From Trichormus sp. ATA11-4-KO1 (lineage in GTDB: Bacteria > Cyanobacteriota > Cyanobacteriia > Cyanobacteriales > Nostocaceae): 64,000 nt of DNA. The notes under the pieces are model-generated. The model searched no databases and was not told the DNA's origin. It was given only the letters and a program-made list of their open reading frames with translations. The stretch lies in NCBI GenBank assembly GCA_019358915.1, contig JAHHIM010000013.1:41080-105079 (forward strand), written 5' to 3'. The position numbers and the translations under genes are program-made. Below, piece after piece: positions 23,185 to 33,735 of this stretch; the stretch's first letter is position 1, and every line of letters begins with the position of its first letter.

Positions 23185-24064
23185 AACCTCGATTCAATTC
23201 AGATTTTGTTTGGTAAATGCTTAATCAAAACTGCTTTCCGTTTTGCAATTGTCATCGATGCGTAGAGTTTTGTAAGTGGCAAAGCTAGTCTTAACTTTCT
23301 AACTATATCATAACAAACTCTACTAATTAGCTGGAAAATTCGGTTTTGTACGGTAATTACCACCACAGAACTGAAATTCCTTTGAGCGCTCATCGTTGAT
23401 GCTAAACGAAAAAACTGGCCGTCCGGAAAATTAAATTGAACTGACAACTAGGGACGACCTGGGAAATTTTATTTGTTTGTTTTATGCTCACTAAAATCTC
23501 TACGCTTGTTAGAAAACCATAGAAACTGGGAATTTTTGGGGTTTTTGTGCAACGTGACAAAAAAATTTATTGCACACATTTAAACGTTATATAGAATATC
23601 GCAAACATCTGGGATTAATCAAACTCCTTGCAAATCTTTATATAAATTTAATTTTTAACGAAAAATTAAGTATTTACCTTACTCAGCACTCTTCATGTCT
23701 TAAATAGGGAAATTCTTCGACTACACAGCTTCCTTCTTTACAATTTTCACGTTGACCTACTAACACTAGGTTGACCACGCCCAGGATATTAACGGCATCG
23801 CTGGGCATTTTTATTTTGCCGCGCGTAAAATCCCACCCACAAGGAGGTGGGGATGTAAGTGCTACCACATAAAACTACCATTCAAAACAACGCAAAAGTC
23901 TAGTCCCAGGCGTTGGACTGATCGCTTAAGGCAATGAGATTGACACTGAGCGTTTTTCACTGAGAAGTTTTTGCGACACAATCCACAAGAATTCTACTGG
24001 TTTCGACTGCTGATTTCCGATAAAGTCTAGACTATGAAGAAACCTTAGACGAATAAGATACGCC

Positions 24065-25921
24065 ATGCCGACCTATCGATCCAAAACCTCCACCCAGGGA
24101 CGCAATATGGCCGGTGCTCGTGCGCTCTGGCGCGCCACCGGAATGCACACCGAGGATTTCGAGAAGCCCATCATTGCGATCGCCAACTCTTTTACCCAAT
24201 TCGTACCTGGCCACGTTCACCTGAAGGATTTAGGGCAATTGGTGTGCCGTGAGATTGAAGCCGCCGGTGGTGTTGCCAAGGAATTCAACACCATCGCCGT
24301 GGATGATGGCATTGCCATGGGACATGACGGAATGCTCTACAGTCTACCCTCGCGCGAGATCATTGCCGATTCGGTTGAGTACATGGTCAACGCTCATTGT
24401 GCTGATGCCTTGGTCTGCATTTCCAACTGTGACAAGATCACCCCCGGAATGTTGATGGCAGCCCTGCGTCTCAACATTCCCACAGTATTCGTCTCCGGGG
24501 GCCCCATGGAAGCTGGCAAGACGAAGCTCTCAGACCACAAACTGGACTTGGTGGACGCTATGGTGGTTGCCGCAGACGACAGCATCAGCGACGAGGTTGC
24601 CGACGAATATGAGCGTTCTGCGTGCCCGACCTGTGGCTCTTGCTCCGGTATGTTCACCGCCAACTCCATGAACTGTCTCACCGAGGCCATTGGTCTCGCC
24701 TTACCTGGCAACGGCACGGTGCTGGCGACCCATTTCGACCGCAAGGATTTGTTCCTCAACGCCGCGCGGACTATTGTCAGCATTACCCGCCGCTACTACG
24801 AGCAGGACGATGAATCGATCCTGCCGCGCTCTGTGGCTAGTTTCCAAGCGTTTGAAAATGCCATGACGCTGGATATTGCTATGGGCGGCTCTACCAACAC
24901 CATTCTGCACTTGCTGGCCGCCGCCCATGAAGCTGGTGTTGATTTCACCTTAGCCGATATCGATCGCCTCTCGCGCCAGGTTCCCCAACTCTGCAAGGTG
25001 GCACCTAACACACCCAAGTATCATATCGAGGATGTCCACCGGGCTGGCGGTATTCCCAGCATTCTTGGTGAACTGGATCGGGCTGGACTGCTGCACACGG
25101 ACTTACCGACGGTGCACAGTCAGACGCTGAAAGCAGCGCTCGATCGCTGGGATCTCATGCGTACCGATGACGAAAGCGTCCACACCTTCTTTAAAGCTGG
25201 CCCTGCGGGGATTCCCACTCAGCAAGCGTTCAGCCAATCGACTCGCTGGCCCTCACTCGACCTGGATCGGGAAAACGGCTGTATTCGCAGCGTCGAAAAC
25301 GCCTACAGCACCGAGGGCGGACTGGCGGTACTGTATGGCAACTTGGCTGAGCGCGGTTGTATTGTGAAGACGGCAGGCGTAGACGAAAGCATTCATGTGT
25401 TTGCAGGACGGGCGCGCATTTATGAAAGTCAGGATGCTGCTGTCAAAGGAATTCTCAGCGATGAAGTGGAACCGGGCGACGTAGTAATCATTCGCTATGA
25501 AGGGCCGCGCGGTGGGCCGGGGATGCAAGAAATGCTCTATCCGACCAGTTACCTGAAATCTAAGGGTTTGGGCAAGGTTTGTGCATTATTGACCGACGGC
25601 CGCTTCTCAGGCGGTACTTCAGGCCTCTCGATTGGTCATGCCTCTCCGGAGGCGGCGGCGGGCGGCAACATTGCTCTGGTTCAGGGCGGCGATCGCATCT
25701 TGATCGACATCCCCAATCGCACCATCAATGTGGATCTATCGGCGGAGGAATTAGCCATCCGTCGTGCTGCAATGGAAGCGAAGGGCAAAGATGCCTGGAA
25801 GCCTGCGCAGCCCCGGCCGCGTCGGGTAACAGCAGCACTCAAGGCTTATGCAGCGCTGGCGACTAGCGCGGATCAAGGCGCGGTAAGAAATGCTGAGTGC
25901 GGCTCGACTGACTTGTACTGA
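24065..25921 (+). CDS. ilvD: dihydroxy-acid dehydratase (long, E. coli-like type)
   Basis: [42 protein letters not shown]-rich. Confidence 0.96.
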   Translation: MPTYRSKTSTQGRNMAGARALWRATGMHTEDFEKPIIAIANSFTQFVPGHVHLKDLGQLVCREIEAAGGVAKEFNTIAVDDGIAMGHDGMLYSLPSREIIADSVEYMVNAHCADALVCISNCDKITPGMLMAALRLNIPTVFVSGGPMEAGKTKLSDHKLDLVDAMVVAADDSISDEVADEYERSACPTCGSCSGMFTANSMNCLTEAIGLALPGNGTVLATHFDRKDLFLNAARTIVSITRRYYEQDDESILPRSVASFQAFENAMTLDIAMGGSTNTILHLLAAAHEAGVDFTLADIDRLSRQVPQLCKVAPNTPKYHIEDVHRAGGIPSILGELDRAGLLHTDLPTVHSQTLKAALDRWDLMRTDDESVHTFFKAGPAGIPTQQAFSQSTRWPSLDLDRENGCIRSVENAYSTEGGLAVLYGNLAERGCIVKTAGVDESIHVFAGRARIYESQDAAVKGILSDEVEPGDVVIIRYEGPRGGPGMQEMLYPTSYLKSKGLGKVCALLTDGRFSGGTSGLSIGHASPEAAAGGNIALVQGGDRILIDIPNRTINVDLSAEELAIRRAAMEAKGKDAWKPAQPRPRRVTAALKAYAALATSADQGAVRNAECGSTDLY

Positions 25922-25995
25922 GCCTTGTCGAAGTAGCTTCGCCGAACGTCTGAGTGCTGAGTCAGAAGAAGAATAAGGAAGGACTTTCGCACTCA
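25890..25995 (-). repeat. partial inverted copy of the heptamer-ended MITE family with nested small repeats
   Basis: reverse complement matches GAGTGCGAAAGTCCTTCCTT...GACTCAGCACTCAG at 31517-31565. Confidence 0.65.
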
Positions 25996-26015
25996 TCATA
26001 ATCACTAGGAATAGC

Positions 26016-27188
26016 TTAAAATTTGAGGATTTCTCGGTCATAGTTGTCGGGAAGGGGTTCAATTTCCCAGACTATGCCTTCTCCTGCTTCTAAAGCAACT
26101 TCTACATAAAGTTGTTCTACGGCAGTTGTGGCTGTATCTTCATTGTTGGGGAAAGGCTGTAAATCTTCAGTCAGGAGTCTCAGTGTAAAACCACCAGGAA
26201 TGGCTGCGCCCACTGTAGTGTGACGCAACTCAAAGCGCCAATATGGAGCGTCGGGTTCGCCTTGTGGTGTAATTAACAGTTCATATAATTGCCCGGCGAT
26301 CGCTAGTTGGCGTGATAAAGTTACTCCTGGTGGGATTTCTTCTGCACTCCGCGCCCCCGCCGCACTCAACTGCATATTTAATTTTCCCCAGCCTATGGCT
26401 TCTGCCACTTGAGAAACGCCACTTTGCAACCATTGGATCACTGAGCGTTGTTCTGGTAGCCCTATGCGGCGTTCATATAAACTTTGTCGCCAGCCGCCAT
26501 GGGCAATTAATCCTCCCCACAATTGAAAAGGAATAGCTAAACGCGGGGTGATAATTTCTGGATTTCCTAGCCGGGTAATGAGGTTTTGGGCTTGTGCCTG
26601 TGGTAGGGTGGGCAACTGGATAGTAGCGCTACGTGTGACTGCATCTGCACAAAAATCCCGCACCACAGTTAATACACTGATATCAGCAATCATCTCAGTC
26701 GCATCCAAAGTATAAGTGCGATCGCCTGAGTCATAATTGCCTTGATTTTTGAGTTGTTCATGAGTACAGTAACCCCAAACCCTGACATAACCTTCATCAG
26801 GTTCTACTTGGACTGCTAAATAGTAATCACCCGCCCAACTCGATAAATCTACCCATTCTTGAGGTACACGTATTTCACTGGAGTCAATAGTTTCACTAGG
26901 AACCAAAATAAATCTAGTTGCGTCTGCTGTAACTGCGGTTCCGTTCACTAGTTCCCAAAAACTAGATAAAGCTGTAGTATTTGGCCAAACCTGGGCTGGG
27001 GATGTGAAATCCTCTTGCAACCAAGGCAAAACAGCACCTAAACAAAGTTCGTTGAGATAAGCTTGATAACCAGAACTAGGTTGAGAAAAAGATTGACTGT
27101 GAAGACGTGCTTGACGTTCTACAGTAGCAGGAATTTCCAAAATCAGGTCTGTTGAGGCAAAACTTATGATAGGGGTGTTAGCAGTCAT
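26016..27188 (-). CDS. DUF1822-like protein
   Basis: AYLNELCL, WELVNGTA, RVPQEWVD..WAGDYYLAVQV, VWGY motifs; C-terminal beta domain; follows the sigma-like gene. Confidence 0.75.
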   Translation of the reverse strand: MTANTPIISFASTDLILEIPATVERQARLHSQSFSQPSSGYQAYLNELCLGAVLPWLQEDFTSPAQVWPNTTALSSFWELVNGTAVTADATRFILVPSETIDSSEIRVPQEWVDLSSWAGDYYLAVQVEPDEGYVRVWGYCTHEQLKNQGNYDSGDRTYTLDATEMIADISVLTVVRDFCADAVTRSATIQLPTLPQAQAQNLITRLGNPEIITPRLAIPFQLWGGLIAHGGWRQSLYERRIGLPEQRSVIQWLQSGVSQVAEAIGWGKLNMQLSAAGARSAEEIPPGVTLSRQLAIAGQLYELLITPQGEPDAPYWRFELRHTTVGAAIPGGFTLRLLTEDLQPFPNNEDTATTAVEQLYVEVALEAGEGIVWEIEPLPDNYDREILKF

Positions 27189-27273
27189 GGGTAATACTCC
27201 GGGGAACTCTTCAGCTTGTTTTGGATTTACCAGGGATTGCTATTCCCTAGCACAACAGACGCAAAACTTTGTT

Positions 27274-28452
27274 TTAGCATAGGTTAGAGGCGCTGTAATA
27301 GTTGTGCAGCCATTCCTCAATCACAGTACTCATACTTGTTAGTAGGTCTGTTGTCACAGAAATATGCAGGGTATCTTTACTCCAATTAGCTAAAGAACGC
27401 AGCAAAATTTCCTTGGCTTTTGTCAGTCGCCGCGAAACGGTATACTGCTTGATTTCTAGTTGTTTGGCAATTGCATCTTGATTCAACTGCTGACTGTAAT
27501 ATAGTTGCAGAATTTGTTGTACTTGTGGATCTAGTTGGGCGATCGCCGTCGCTAAAACATGTTTAATTTCAGTTTGTTGCGCAGTCCGCGTTGCTGTTTC
27601 TTCTTGGACGATGATTTCCTGGATCAGGGATTCTTGTTGCGTTCCTGGGAGATTATCAAGTAATTCCCATGAATCATCACCACTTTTGGAGACATTTAGC
27701 GAATCTGGGGTGGGATACAGATATTTACGCGCTGCTTTTGCCGCACTTAGTAGCCATTTTTCTAAGTTTGCTGGGTCTTCTGACTGAGTACTTTGTGAAT
27801 TATAAGCTTTAGCGATCGCCTGCCAAATCTCAGGATCTGGTCGAGAAAGTTGGCGGGAGTTACCAGCTTTTACAGGGACATACAGAGTTTTAAAACATCG
27901 CCAAGCTAAAACGTAAGTATTAATTGTCTCTGGGGATAAACCAGCATTTTGCAAAGACTCTTCCAACCGCTTTTGCGATATTTTGCGTAACAGACCCCAA
28001 TCTGTACAAATATCAACTTCTCGACATTGGCGCAAGGTTTCGCGGATAGCACTACCAAAGATCACGCCGGCGTAGCTTTTGAGTGTGCTGCTTTGACTGG
28101 GATTAAAACCTTTCAAAACTCGATCAATTTGGGCGATCGCAATTTGAAAACAGTCTGCAAGTCTGTACTGAGTACTGACAAAGTTAGCAACCGTTTTTTG
28201 GGAAGTCCAATAGCAGGGTTCTTGTAAATAAGCGGCAAGATGTTGCTTGGCTAGTAATTTTGTTTCGGAAATTTGCCAAAACTTATACCAATACAAAACC
28301 CAAAAATACTCAGAACTTTCTTTTGGTGTTTGGTTTAAACAACTTTGAATACTGCGACGCAATCGCGATTCTATCGCCCAACGACTGAAACGGTCTCCGT
28401 CAAATTGCACGAAAGTTGAAAAAATTTCAATGATGCTTTGCCGAGGTTGCAT
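27274..28452 (-). CDS. atypical sigma-70-family / sigma-like factor
   Basis: HLAAYLQEPCYW, FNPSQSSTLKSYA (region 2-like), C-terminal region-4 HTH LNQDAIAKQLEIKQYTVSRRL. Confidence 0.75.
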   Translation of the reverse strand: MQPRQSIIEIFSTFVQFDGDRFSRWAIESRLRRSIQSCLNQTPKESSEYFWVLYWYKFWQISETKLLAKQHLAAYLQEPCYWTSQKTVANFVSTQYRLADCFQIAIAQIDRVLKGFNPSQSSTLKSYAGVIFGSAIRETLRQCREVDICTDWGLLRKISQKRLEESLQNAGLSPETINTYVLAWRCFKTLYVPVKAGNSRQLSRPDPEIWQAIAKAYNSQSTQSEDPANLEKWLLSAAKAARKYLYPTPDSLNVSKSGDDSWELLDNLPGTQQESLIQEIIVQEETATRTAQQTEIKHVLATAIAQLDPQVQQILQLYYSQQLNQDAIAKQLEIKQYTVSRRLTKAKEILLRSLANWSKDTLHISVTTDLLTSMSTVIEEWLHNYYSASNLC

Positions 28453-28496
28453 AAAAAATGGGAAACCGACCTAAAGGAAGAGTGGAGGCGTTGAAC
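28448..28496 (+). promoter_or_regulatory. conserved promoter-like motif copy A (TGCATAAA-N13-ACCTA-N7-AGTGGAGGCGTTGAA)
   Basis: same blocks and spacing as 49116 and 50621. Confidence 0.65.
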
Positions 28497-28577
28497 AATA
28501 CCTGCACAAACTTTACTACAAGGAATGAGGGTCATGTTTCGCCTAGTAATGAAATTTTTAACATTTAATGGAGATTT

Positions 28578-29051
28578 ATGAAAATGTTACAACGTTCTTT
28601 AAGTTTTGCTGCTGCTAGTATTGCCTTAACTGCTAGTTTAGTTAGTCCGGCAATGGCTGCCCCTGGTGATTTTGTGGGAACATGGGTGAATAAAGATGCT
28701 AATACTCGTGGGATTACTCGCTTAGTGATTACATCAGCAGGTGGTAATAAATTAAACATTCAAGTATTTGGTAAATGTCATCCCCAGGATTGTGATTGGG
28801 GTAAAACATCATTAGTTACCTATGGTCTCAATGTCCAAGATACTAATCATAGTTATGCCTCAGCCAACTATAACAAGAGTTTTGCTAATTCTTTCTTAAC
28901 CTTGGGTCATTCTGGTAATCAAATTATGTTGCAAGGCTACACTCAGTTTTTGGATAATAGTAATCGCCAAAATTACTATTCCCGTGATTACTTTCAAAAG
29001 CAAACAAGAGTGAGAGTTCCTGGTAATATTCGGAGATTGCCCAATTTTTAG
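28578..29051 (+). CDS. secreted hypothetical protein, probably beta-rich
   Basis: Sec signal ending PAMA; FVGTWVN, GKCHPQDCDWG; GGAG RBS. Confidence 0.8.
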   Translation: MKMLQRSLSFAAASIALTASLVSPAMAAPGDFVGTWVNKDANTRGITRLVITSAGGNKLNIQVFGKCHPQDCDWGKTSLVTYGLNVQDTNHSYASANYNKSFANSFLTLGHSGNQIMLQGYTQFLDNSNRQNYYSRDYFQKQTRVRVPGNIRRLPNF

Positions 29052-30988
29052 ATTTGTAATAACCCCTCTGGATTTACGGACAAAAGCGATCGCCTCTGTA
29101 ATCCCTCTCGATGTAAAATCTCATTGGCTGCCAATAAGCCACTACTAACTGCCCTTTCCATTAATCCACAAGGGAAGGGCATTTTTACCCAATCTCCAGC
29201 AAATAGTAAATTAGATACATCGGTACTGGTTTCTGGACGTTCGGCATAACTCTTGGGTGGATATCCCGAAAAGTTACGCTGATTGACTAGTTCTCGATGC
29301 AGGATTTTGGCTTGTTTTAACTCAGGCACAATTTCATAAAGTTCCTGTGCAAATGTTGTTAATAAAGCTGCTTGGGTGGGAAATTCTTTTTCTTTATAAC
29401 AATAGGCGTGTAACTCTACAACACTACCACCAGTGCGTTGTGACCAGTCGATGAATTGTTGTTGAATGCGATGATAAAGGGTGATACTATCAGTTAACTG
29501 GTAGCCAGATAAAGAAGTAAAATTACTTTGTTTCCACTCAAAATCCCGGTCAAACCAGAAACGACACACAGCAAAAGGATCGGCAATACTCAACTTTTCG
29601 ACTTGCGATCGCACTTTTTGGTCTACATCTCCACTAACTCGCTTGAATAGTTGTTGCACACCAGGGACATCGGTAGCAAACACATAATAATCGGCTGTGA
29701 TTGTTTGTGGTGATAATGATTCATGATTTACTGCAATCAGTTGCAACTCATCATTTTGTCGTTGCGCTACTTTAAACTTAGGTAAATCTTGTTGAGCCGG
29801 CCCTTTTAAAACTTTACCATCAGCAGTAAACACTGCTCCATGACAAGGGCAATGAAATTTCCCGTCTGCTGCTTGCTTAACAGTACAACCTTGATGAGTA
29901 CAAGTGAGGGAAATAGCTTCTTTACTCCCAGATGGTAAAGCAAATACTTCATCAGCCGCTCCAAAATATTCTATCTTGCCATCAGCAATAACTGAGTTTT
30001 GTTTTACCCAAAAAGGAACATGGTTTTGATTACTGCCAACATAATAATTTAGGGCATCAATCTTACCTGCCACAGCCGGAACTTCACTCACAGTTGCACC
30101 AGTGATTATTTTACCCCCATTACTTTGAATTGCTCTAGCAATAGGTTGCACTAAACTTGTACCCATATCATCTTTAGTGCCATTAAAAGCAAGTCCTTCT
30201 GGATTGCCAAAAAAATAAAAATGAAAGAACTGCATGAGTTCTCCCACACTCATCATATCTGGAGCATTTAAGCTGGATTTAGCAAAGGGCAGAAAATACA
30301 AATCGTATAAACCCTGGGGAAATTCTGTTTTTACCCAGTCAGCCACCGAGATATGATCAAATCGCTGATAGTTTCTTTCTCTTTGAAACCCAGTAATTGC
30401 TTGGAAAACTTGTAAATGCTTGAATTTAGTCAGATTAATTCCCCATTGGAAGCGGTTGGGAGAAGCGATCGCTAAATCTACAATATTCCAAGGAAAAGCC
30501 GAATGACTGGGGCGAAATACCTCTGGTTGGTATTTGGCATCGCGGTAAACTACAGAATAAAAATTTAACGATTGAAAGTTATGATTAATTTCCAGTTCGG
30601 AAACTACACTTTTTAGATTATAATACTGGGGAAAAAATCCATGAAAGCCATGTTCCATCATGAAGTTTTCACCAGCAGCTTCTATTTGCCAACTAGCAAT
30701 TTTGCCACCGAGTTGGGGAGATTTCTCTAAGAGAGTAACTGCAAACCCTCTTTGACTCAATTCATAAGCACAAGCTAAACCTGCTAAACCACCTCCAACT
30801 ACTACAACACTTTTATTTTGATTTAAGATTCGTGGCAAACTCAGGGTATCTTTTTGAAAAACTGTTGGTTTTGGCTTAGTAAACCGGGAGTATCCTGCTC
30901 CTCCGACAATCGCACTAATGCCAAATAATTTTAGTAGTGTACGACGGGAGACAACAGATGATTCCGGTGAATTAAATAGTAAACTCAT
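29048..30988 (-). CDS. FAD-dependent carotenoid desaturase-like enzyme with Rieske insert (CrtU/CruE-like)
   Basis: SRRTLLK twin-Arg, GGGLAGL, EHGFHGFF, CTHQGC...CPCHG Rieske motif, AGDW...MERAV. Confidence 0.75.
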   Translation of the reverse strand: MSLLFNSPESSVVSRRTLLKLFGISAIVGGAGYSRFTKPKPTVFQKDTLSLPRILNQNKSVVVVGGGLAGLACAYELSQRGFAVTLLEKSPQLGGKIASWQIEAAGENFMMEHGFHGFFPQYYNLKSVVSELEINHNFQSLNFYSVVYRDAKYQPEVFRPSHSAFPWNIVDLAIASPNRFQWGINLTKFKHLQVFQAITGFQRERNYQRFDHISVADWVKTEFPQGLYDLYFLPFAKSSLNAPDMMSVGELMQFFHFYFFGNPEGLAFNGTKDDMGTSLVQPIARAIQSNGGKIITGATVSEVPAVAGKIDALNYYVGSNQNHVPFWVKQNSVIADGKIEYFGAADEVFALPSGSKEAISLTCTHQGCTVKQAADGKFHCPCHGAVFTADGKVLKGPAQQDLPKFKVAQRQNDELQLIAVNHESLSPQTITADYYVFATDVPGVQQLFKRVSGDVDQKVRSQVEKLSIADPFAVCRFWFDRDFEWKQSNFTSLSGYQLTDSITLYHRIQQQFIDWSQRTGGSVVELHAYCYKEKEFPTQAALLTTFAQELYEIVPELKQAKILHRELVNQRNFSGYPPKSYAERPETSTDVSNLLFAGDWVKMPFPCGLMERAVSSGLLAANEILHREGLQRRSLLSVNPEGLLQI

Positions 30989-31351
30989 GTTACACAATTA
31001 GATCTTCACGATCAATGACTGGCGTGAAATTAATGACTATCAGCTAATTAAATTTTAAAATTATTTTTGCAGTTTTTTATTGATGCTGAACGAAATTATT
31101 TTTGCAGAATTCAGGCAATTGTCAATACCTGATGATAAATTTTGAGAATAATGCACTTCAACTTTACATAGTCAACGTTTCTATCTAATGGGATGTCAGA
31201 CAGCAAAAATTGAGTAAACAAATTAGAAGATTATTTGATAGTTTAATATATTATTTAATAATTAGCTACCAAGAGTTAAGTAGTTGGTCATGAGCAGAAG
31301 CAGAGGAACAGAGGAGAATATTAATACAATTTCCCCAATGCCCACTCCCCT

Positions 31352-31579
31352 AATGAAGAGTGCTGAGTTAAAAGTGCTGAGTGCTGAGTTAAAAAACCGC
31401 CCACATTCGGCAAGGCTCAGTGACCACAATTCGCGGGGTATCAACCTTCTGACAGTAATCAGATTCCGCCCACACTTCGGCAAGGCTCAGTGACCACAAG
31501 GGACGGGGCTTGTACCGAGTGCGAAAGTCCTTCCTTCTTCTTCTTTTGACTCAGCACTCAGCACTCAGCACTGAGTAAG
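31352..31579. mobile_element. MITE-like element with heptamer inverted ends, copy 2 (two internal repeat units)
   Basis: AATGAAGAGTGCTGAGTT...ACTCAGCACTGAGTAAG; CCGCCCACA(C)TTCGGCAAGGCTCAGTGACCACAA occurs twice. Confidence 0.7.
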
Positions 31580-32003
31580 ATGAATAGGATACAGCCTTGG
31601 GTCTGAACTATACCAGAATTTTCCTGCGCGATCGCCATAACAATCACACTCAAGGGTCAGAGGTTATGGTTCTGGTAAAGTTGCTAGTGGTCTATGACTT
31701 AGTACAGATTTGCGTAAAATCATGGCGAATTGAGGTTGGAAATTTAAACGCAAAGGAGCGCAGAGGTACGCAAAGAATTCGCTACGAATTAATGAAATGT
31801 TGTACTTAGCTGCTGTGGAGTGTTGTTTTGCCATTATTTCATCTATCCTAGGAGTGATGTTCATTGAATTCGCCTCAGATTTTGGCTTTGGTTACGGCTG
31901 AGGATTGCCAGTCAGTTAACCCTTTGGTTTACTAAGAGTTGAGATTTGAAGCTACCACTGGTCAGAGATTTTGATATTCCCCACTCCCTACCCCCAAAAT
32001 TCC

Positions 32004-32777
32004 ATGAAGTATTGGCGTGAAACTATAGCTGTAACTCAGCGTATCTTAATTGAACTGTTGCGCCGTAGACGCAGCCTAATTTTTTGGAGTATTTTTCCCA
32101 TTTCAGTATTAATCCTCAGTGGATTTATTCTAGTAGAACGGGCAGAATTATCACTAGCTGATGCTTTTGGATATGCTGCACCTTCTACTTTGGTAGGTGC
32201 GGCGTTATTTTTTAGCTGTTTGGGTGGTAGTGTGGCTACTGTTGTTGCCGAAAGAGAACAGCAGACCCTGAAACGTTTATTTATTTCACCCTTAAGTGGC
32301 ACTTCCTATTTTTTGGGGATTTTTCTGGCTCATAGTTGCATTGGTATGGGACAGACACTTTTGGTTTATACAATTGCCGCTTTTTGGGGTGCTACTTTTA
32401 AGGGTTCTATTTTATTAGGACTCACGATTATTTTTATGAGTATCGTGGCTTACGTTGGTTTAGGCTTTATTTTGGGTACTCAATTAGCTCGGCGCATCGA
32501 AGATGTCAACGCTTTAGTGGCTGCGTTTGGAGTTCCTTTATTAATTTTAGGAGGGGCATTTTTGCCTGCTTCACTGTTTCCCCAAAACCTAATTAATATT
32601 GCCAAATATAATCCAATTTATCATATGAATGAAGCTTTTGTGGGTGTATCATCCCAAGGTTATGAAATCAGCCAAATCACATCACATTTTTGGTTTTTAC
32701 TAGTGTTTGCATTGGTGATGATTGTAGGTGGCTGGTTATCTTATCAACGAATGCTGATAGTAGAAAGAAGACTTTAA
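32004..32777 (+). CDS. ABC-2 type transporter permease
   Basis: six hydrophobic segments, VAEREQQTLKRL, NPIYH. Confidence 0.9.
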   Translation: MKYWRETIAVTQRILIELLRRRRSLIFWSIFPISVLILSGFILVERAELSLADAFGYAAPSTLVGAALFFSCLGGSVATVVAEREQQTLKRLFISPLSGTSYFLGIFLAHSCIGMGQTLLVYTIAAFWGATFKGSILLGLTIIFMSIVAYVGLGFILGTQLARRIEDVNALVAAFGVPLLILGGAFLPASLFPQNLINIAKYNPIYHMNEAFVGVSSQGYEISQITSHFWFLLVFALVMIVGGWLSYQRMLIVERRL

Positions 32778-32788
32778 AATTTTTCAAT

Positions 32789-33685
32789 ATGCTAAAAATT
32801 CAAAATTTAAATAAATCATACAACACCAGAAAAGTTCTTCAAAATTTGACATTGCATATTGAATCTGGAGAAATTTACGGTTTGCTGGGAGCTAATGGAG
32901 CCGGGAAAACCACAACAATCAATATTATTTGTAATTTACTCAAGGCTGACAGTGGTAAAGTTACAATTAATCATCAACCAGTTTCTGAAGCGACCAAAAA
33001 AATAATTGGTATTGCTCCTCAAGAGAATTTACTCTATAAAACTCTATCTTGTGAGGAGAATTTGCAATTTTTTGCTGATATTTATGGACTAAATCGGGAA
33101 ACACGACAAAAACAAATAAAAGCAACTTTGGCAGCAGTAAATTTATTAGACAGAGCCAAAAGTCCAGTGGAAACCCTCAGTGGTGGGATGAGGCGGCGGT
33201 TAAATATAGCGGTTGCTCTGGTACATCAGCCACAGTTAGTAATTTTAGATGAACCAACTACGGGGTTAGATATTGAAGCACGATATGAAATCTGGGAGTT
33301 GATTCGGCAATTAAAAAATCAGGGGATTACCGTTTTGTTAACAACTCATTTATTAGACGAAGCAGAGCGACTTTGTGATAGAATTGGTATTCTCAAAAAT
33401 GGTCAGGTTCTGGCAGAGGGGAGTTTAGCCGAGTTACGCACTTTGATTCCAGCTTCCGAAATTTTAGTATTACAAACTGCACAAATAGAACAAGCGATCG
33501 CCCGCGCCCAATCATATGGTTTTACGCATAAATATTATGGTAATGAACTAGCTTTTTGGTTACCAGAATCTCTAGAATTAAAAGAAATTATTGCCCGGTT
33601 TGAGGGAATAGAAATTGATGCGATCGCACGTCAGTCCGTGCGCTTAGAGCATATTTATTTGGAAGTAACACAAGCAGGCGCGTAG
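32789..33685 (+). CDS. ABC transporter ATP-binding protein
   Basis: GANGAGKT, LSGGM, LDEPT, TTH. Confidence 0.95.
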   Translation: MLKIQNLNKSYNTRKVLQNLTLHIESGEIYGLLGANGAGKTTTINIICNLLKADSGKVTINHQPVSEATKKIIGIAPQENLLYKTLSCEENLQFFADIYGLNRETRQKQIKATLAAVNLLDRAKSPVETLSGGMRRRLNIAVALVHQPQLVILDEPTTGLDIEARYEIWELIRQLKNQGITVLLTTHLLDEAERLCDRIGILKNGQVLAEGSLAELRTLIPASEILVLQTAQIEQAIARAQSYGFTHKYYGNELAFWLPESLELKEIIARFEGIEIDAIARQSVRLEHIYLEVTQAGA

Positions 33686-33735
33686 CGACTTCCGGGAAGG
33701 AAGACCGCCTGCGCAGGTTAAAAATCTCTTAATGC

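Noticed and set aside
23199..23868. ORFs 23199-23447 and 23683-23868
   Set aside because: No recognisable motifs or RBS; more likely the long regulatory region of the DUF4327-like gene.
24249..26062. Many alternative-frame and antisense ORFs within ilvD
   Set aside because: Expected from high GC and few stop codons; no recognisable motifs.
31397..31500. Two ~34-bp direct repeats with a ~36-bp spacer as a mini CRISPR array
   Set aside because: Only two units, embedded in a MITE-like element, the same unit occurs singly at about 11764, and no cas genes are present.
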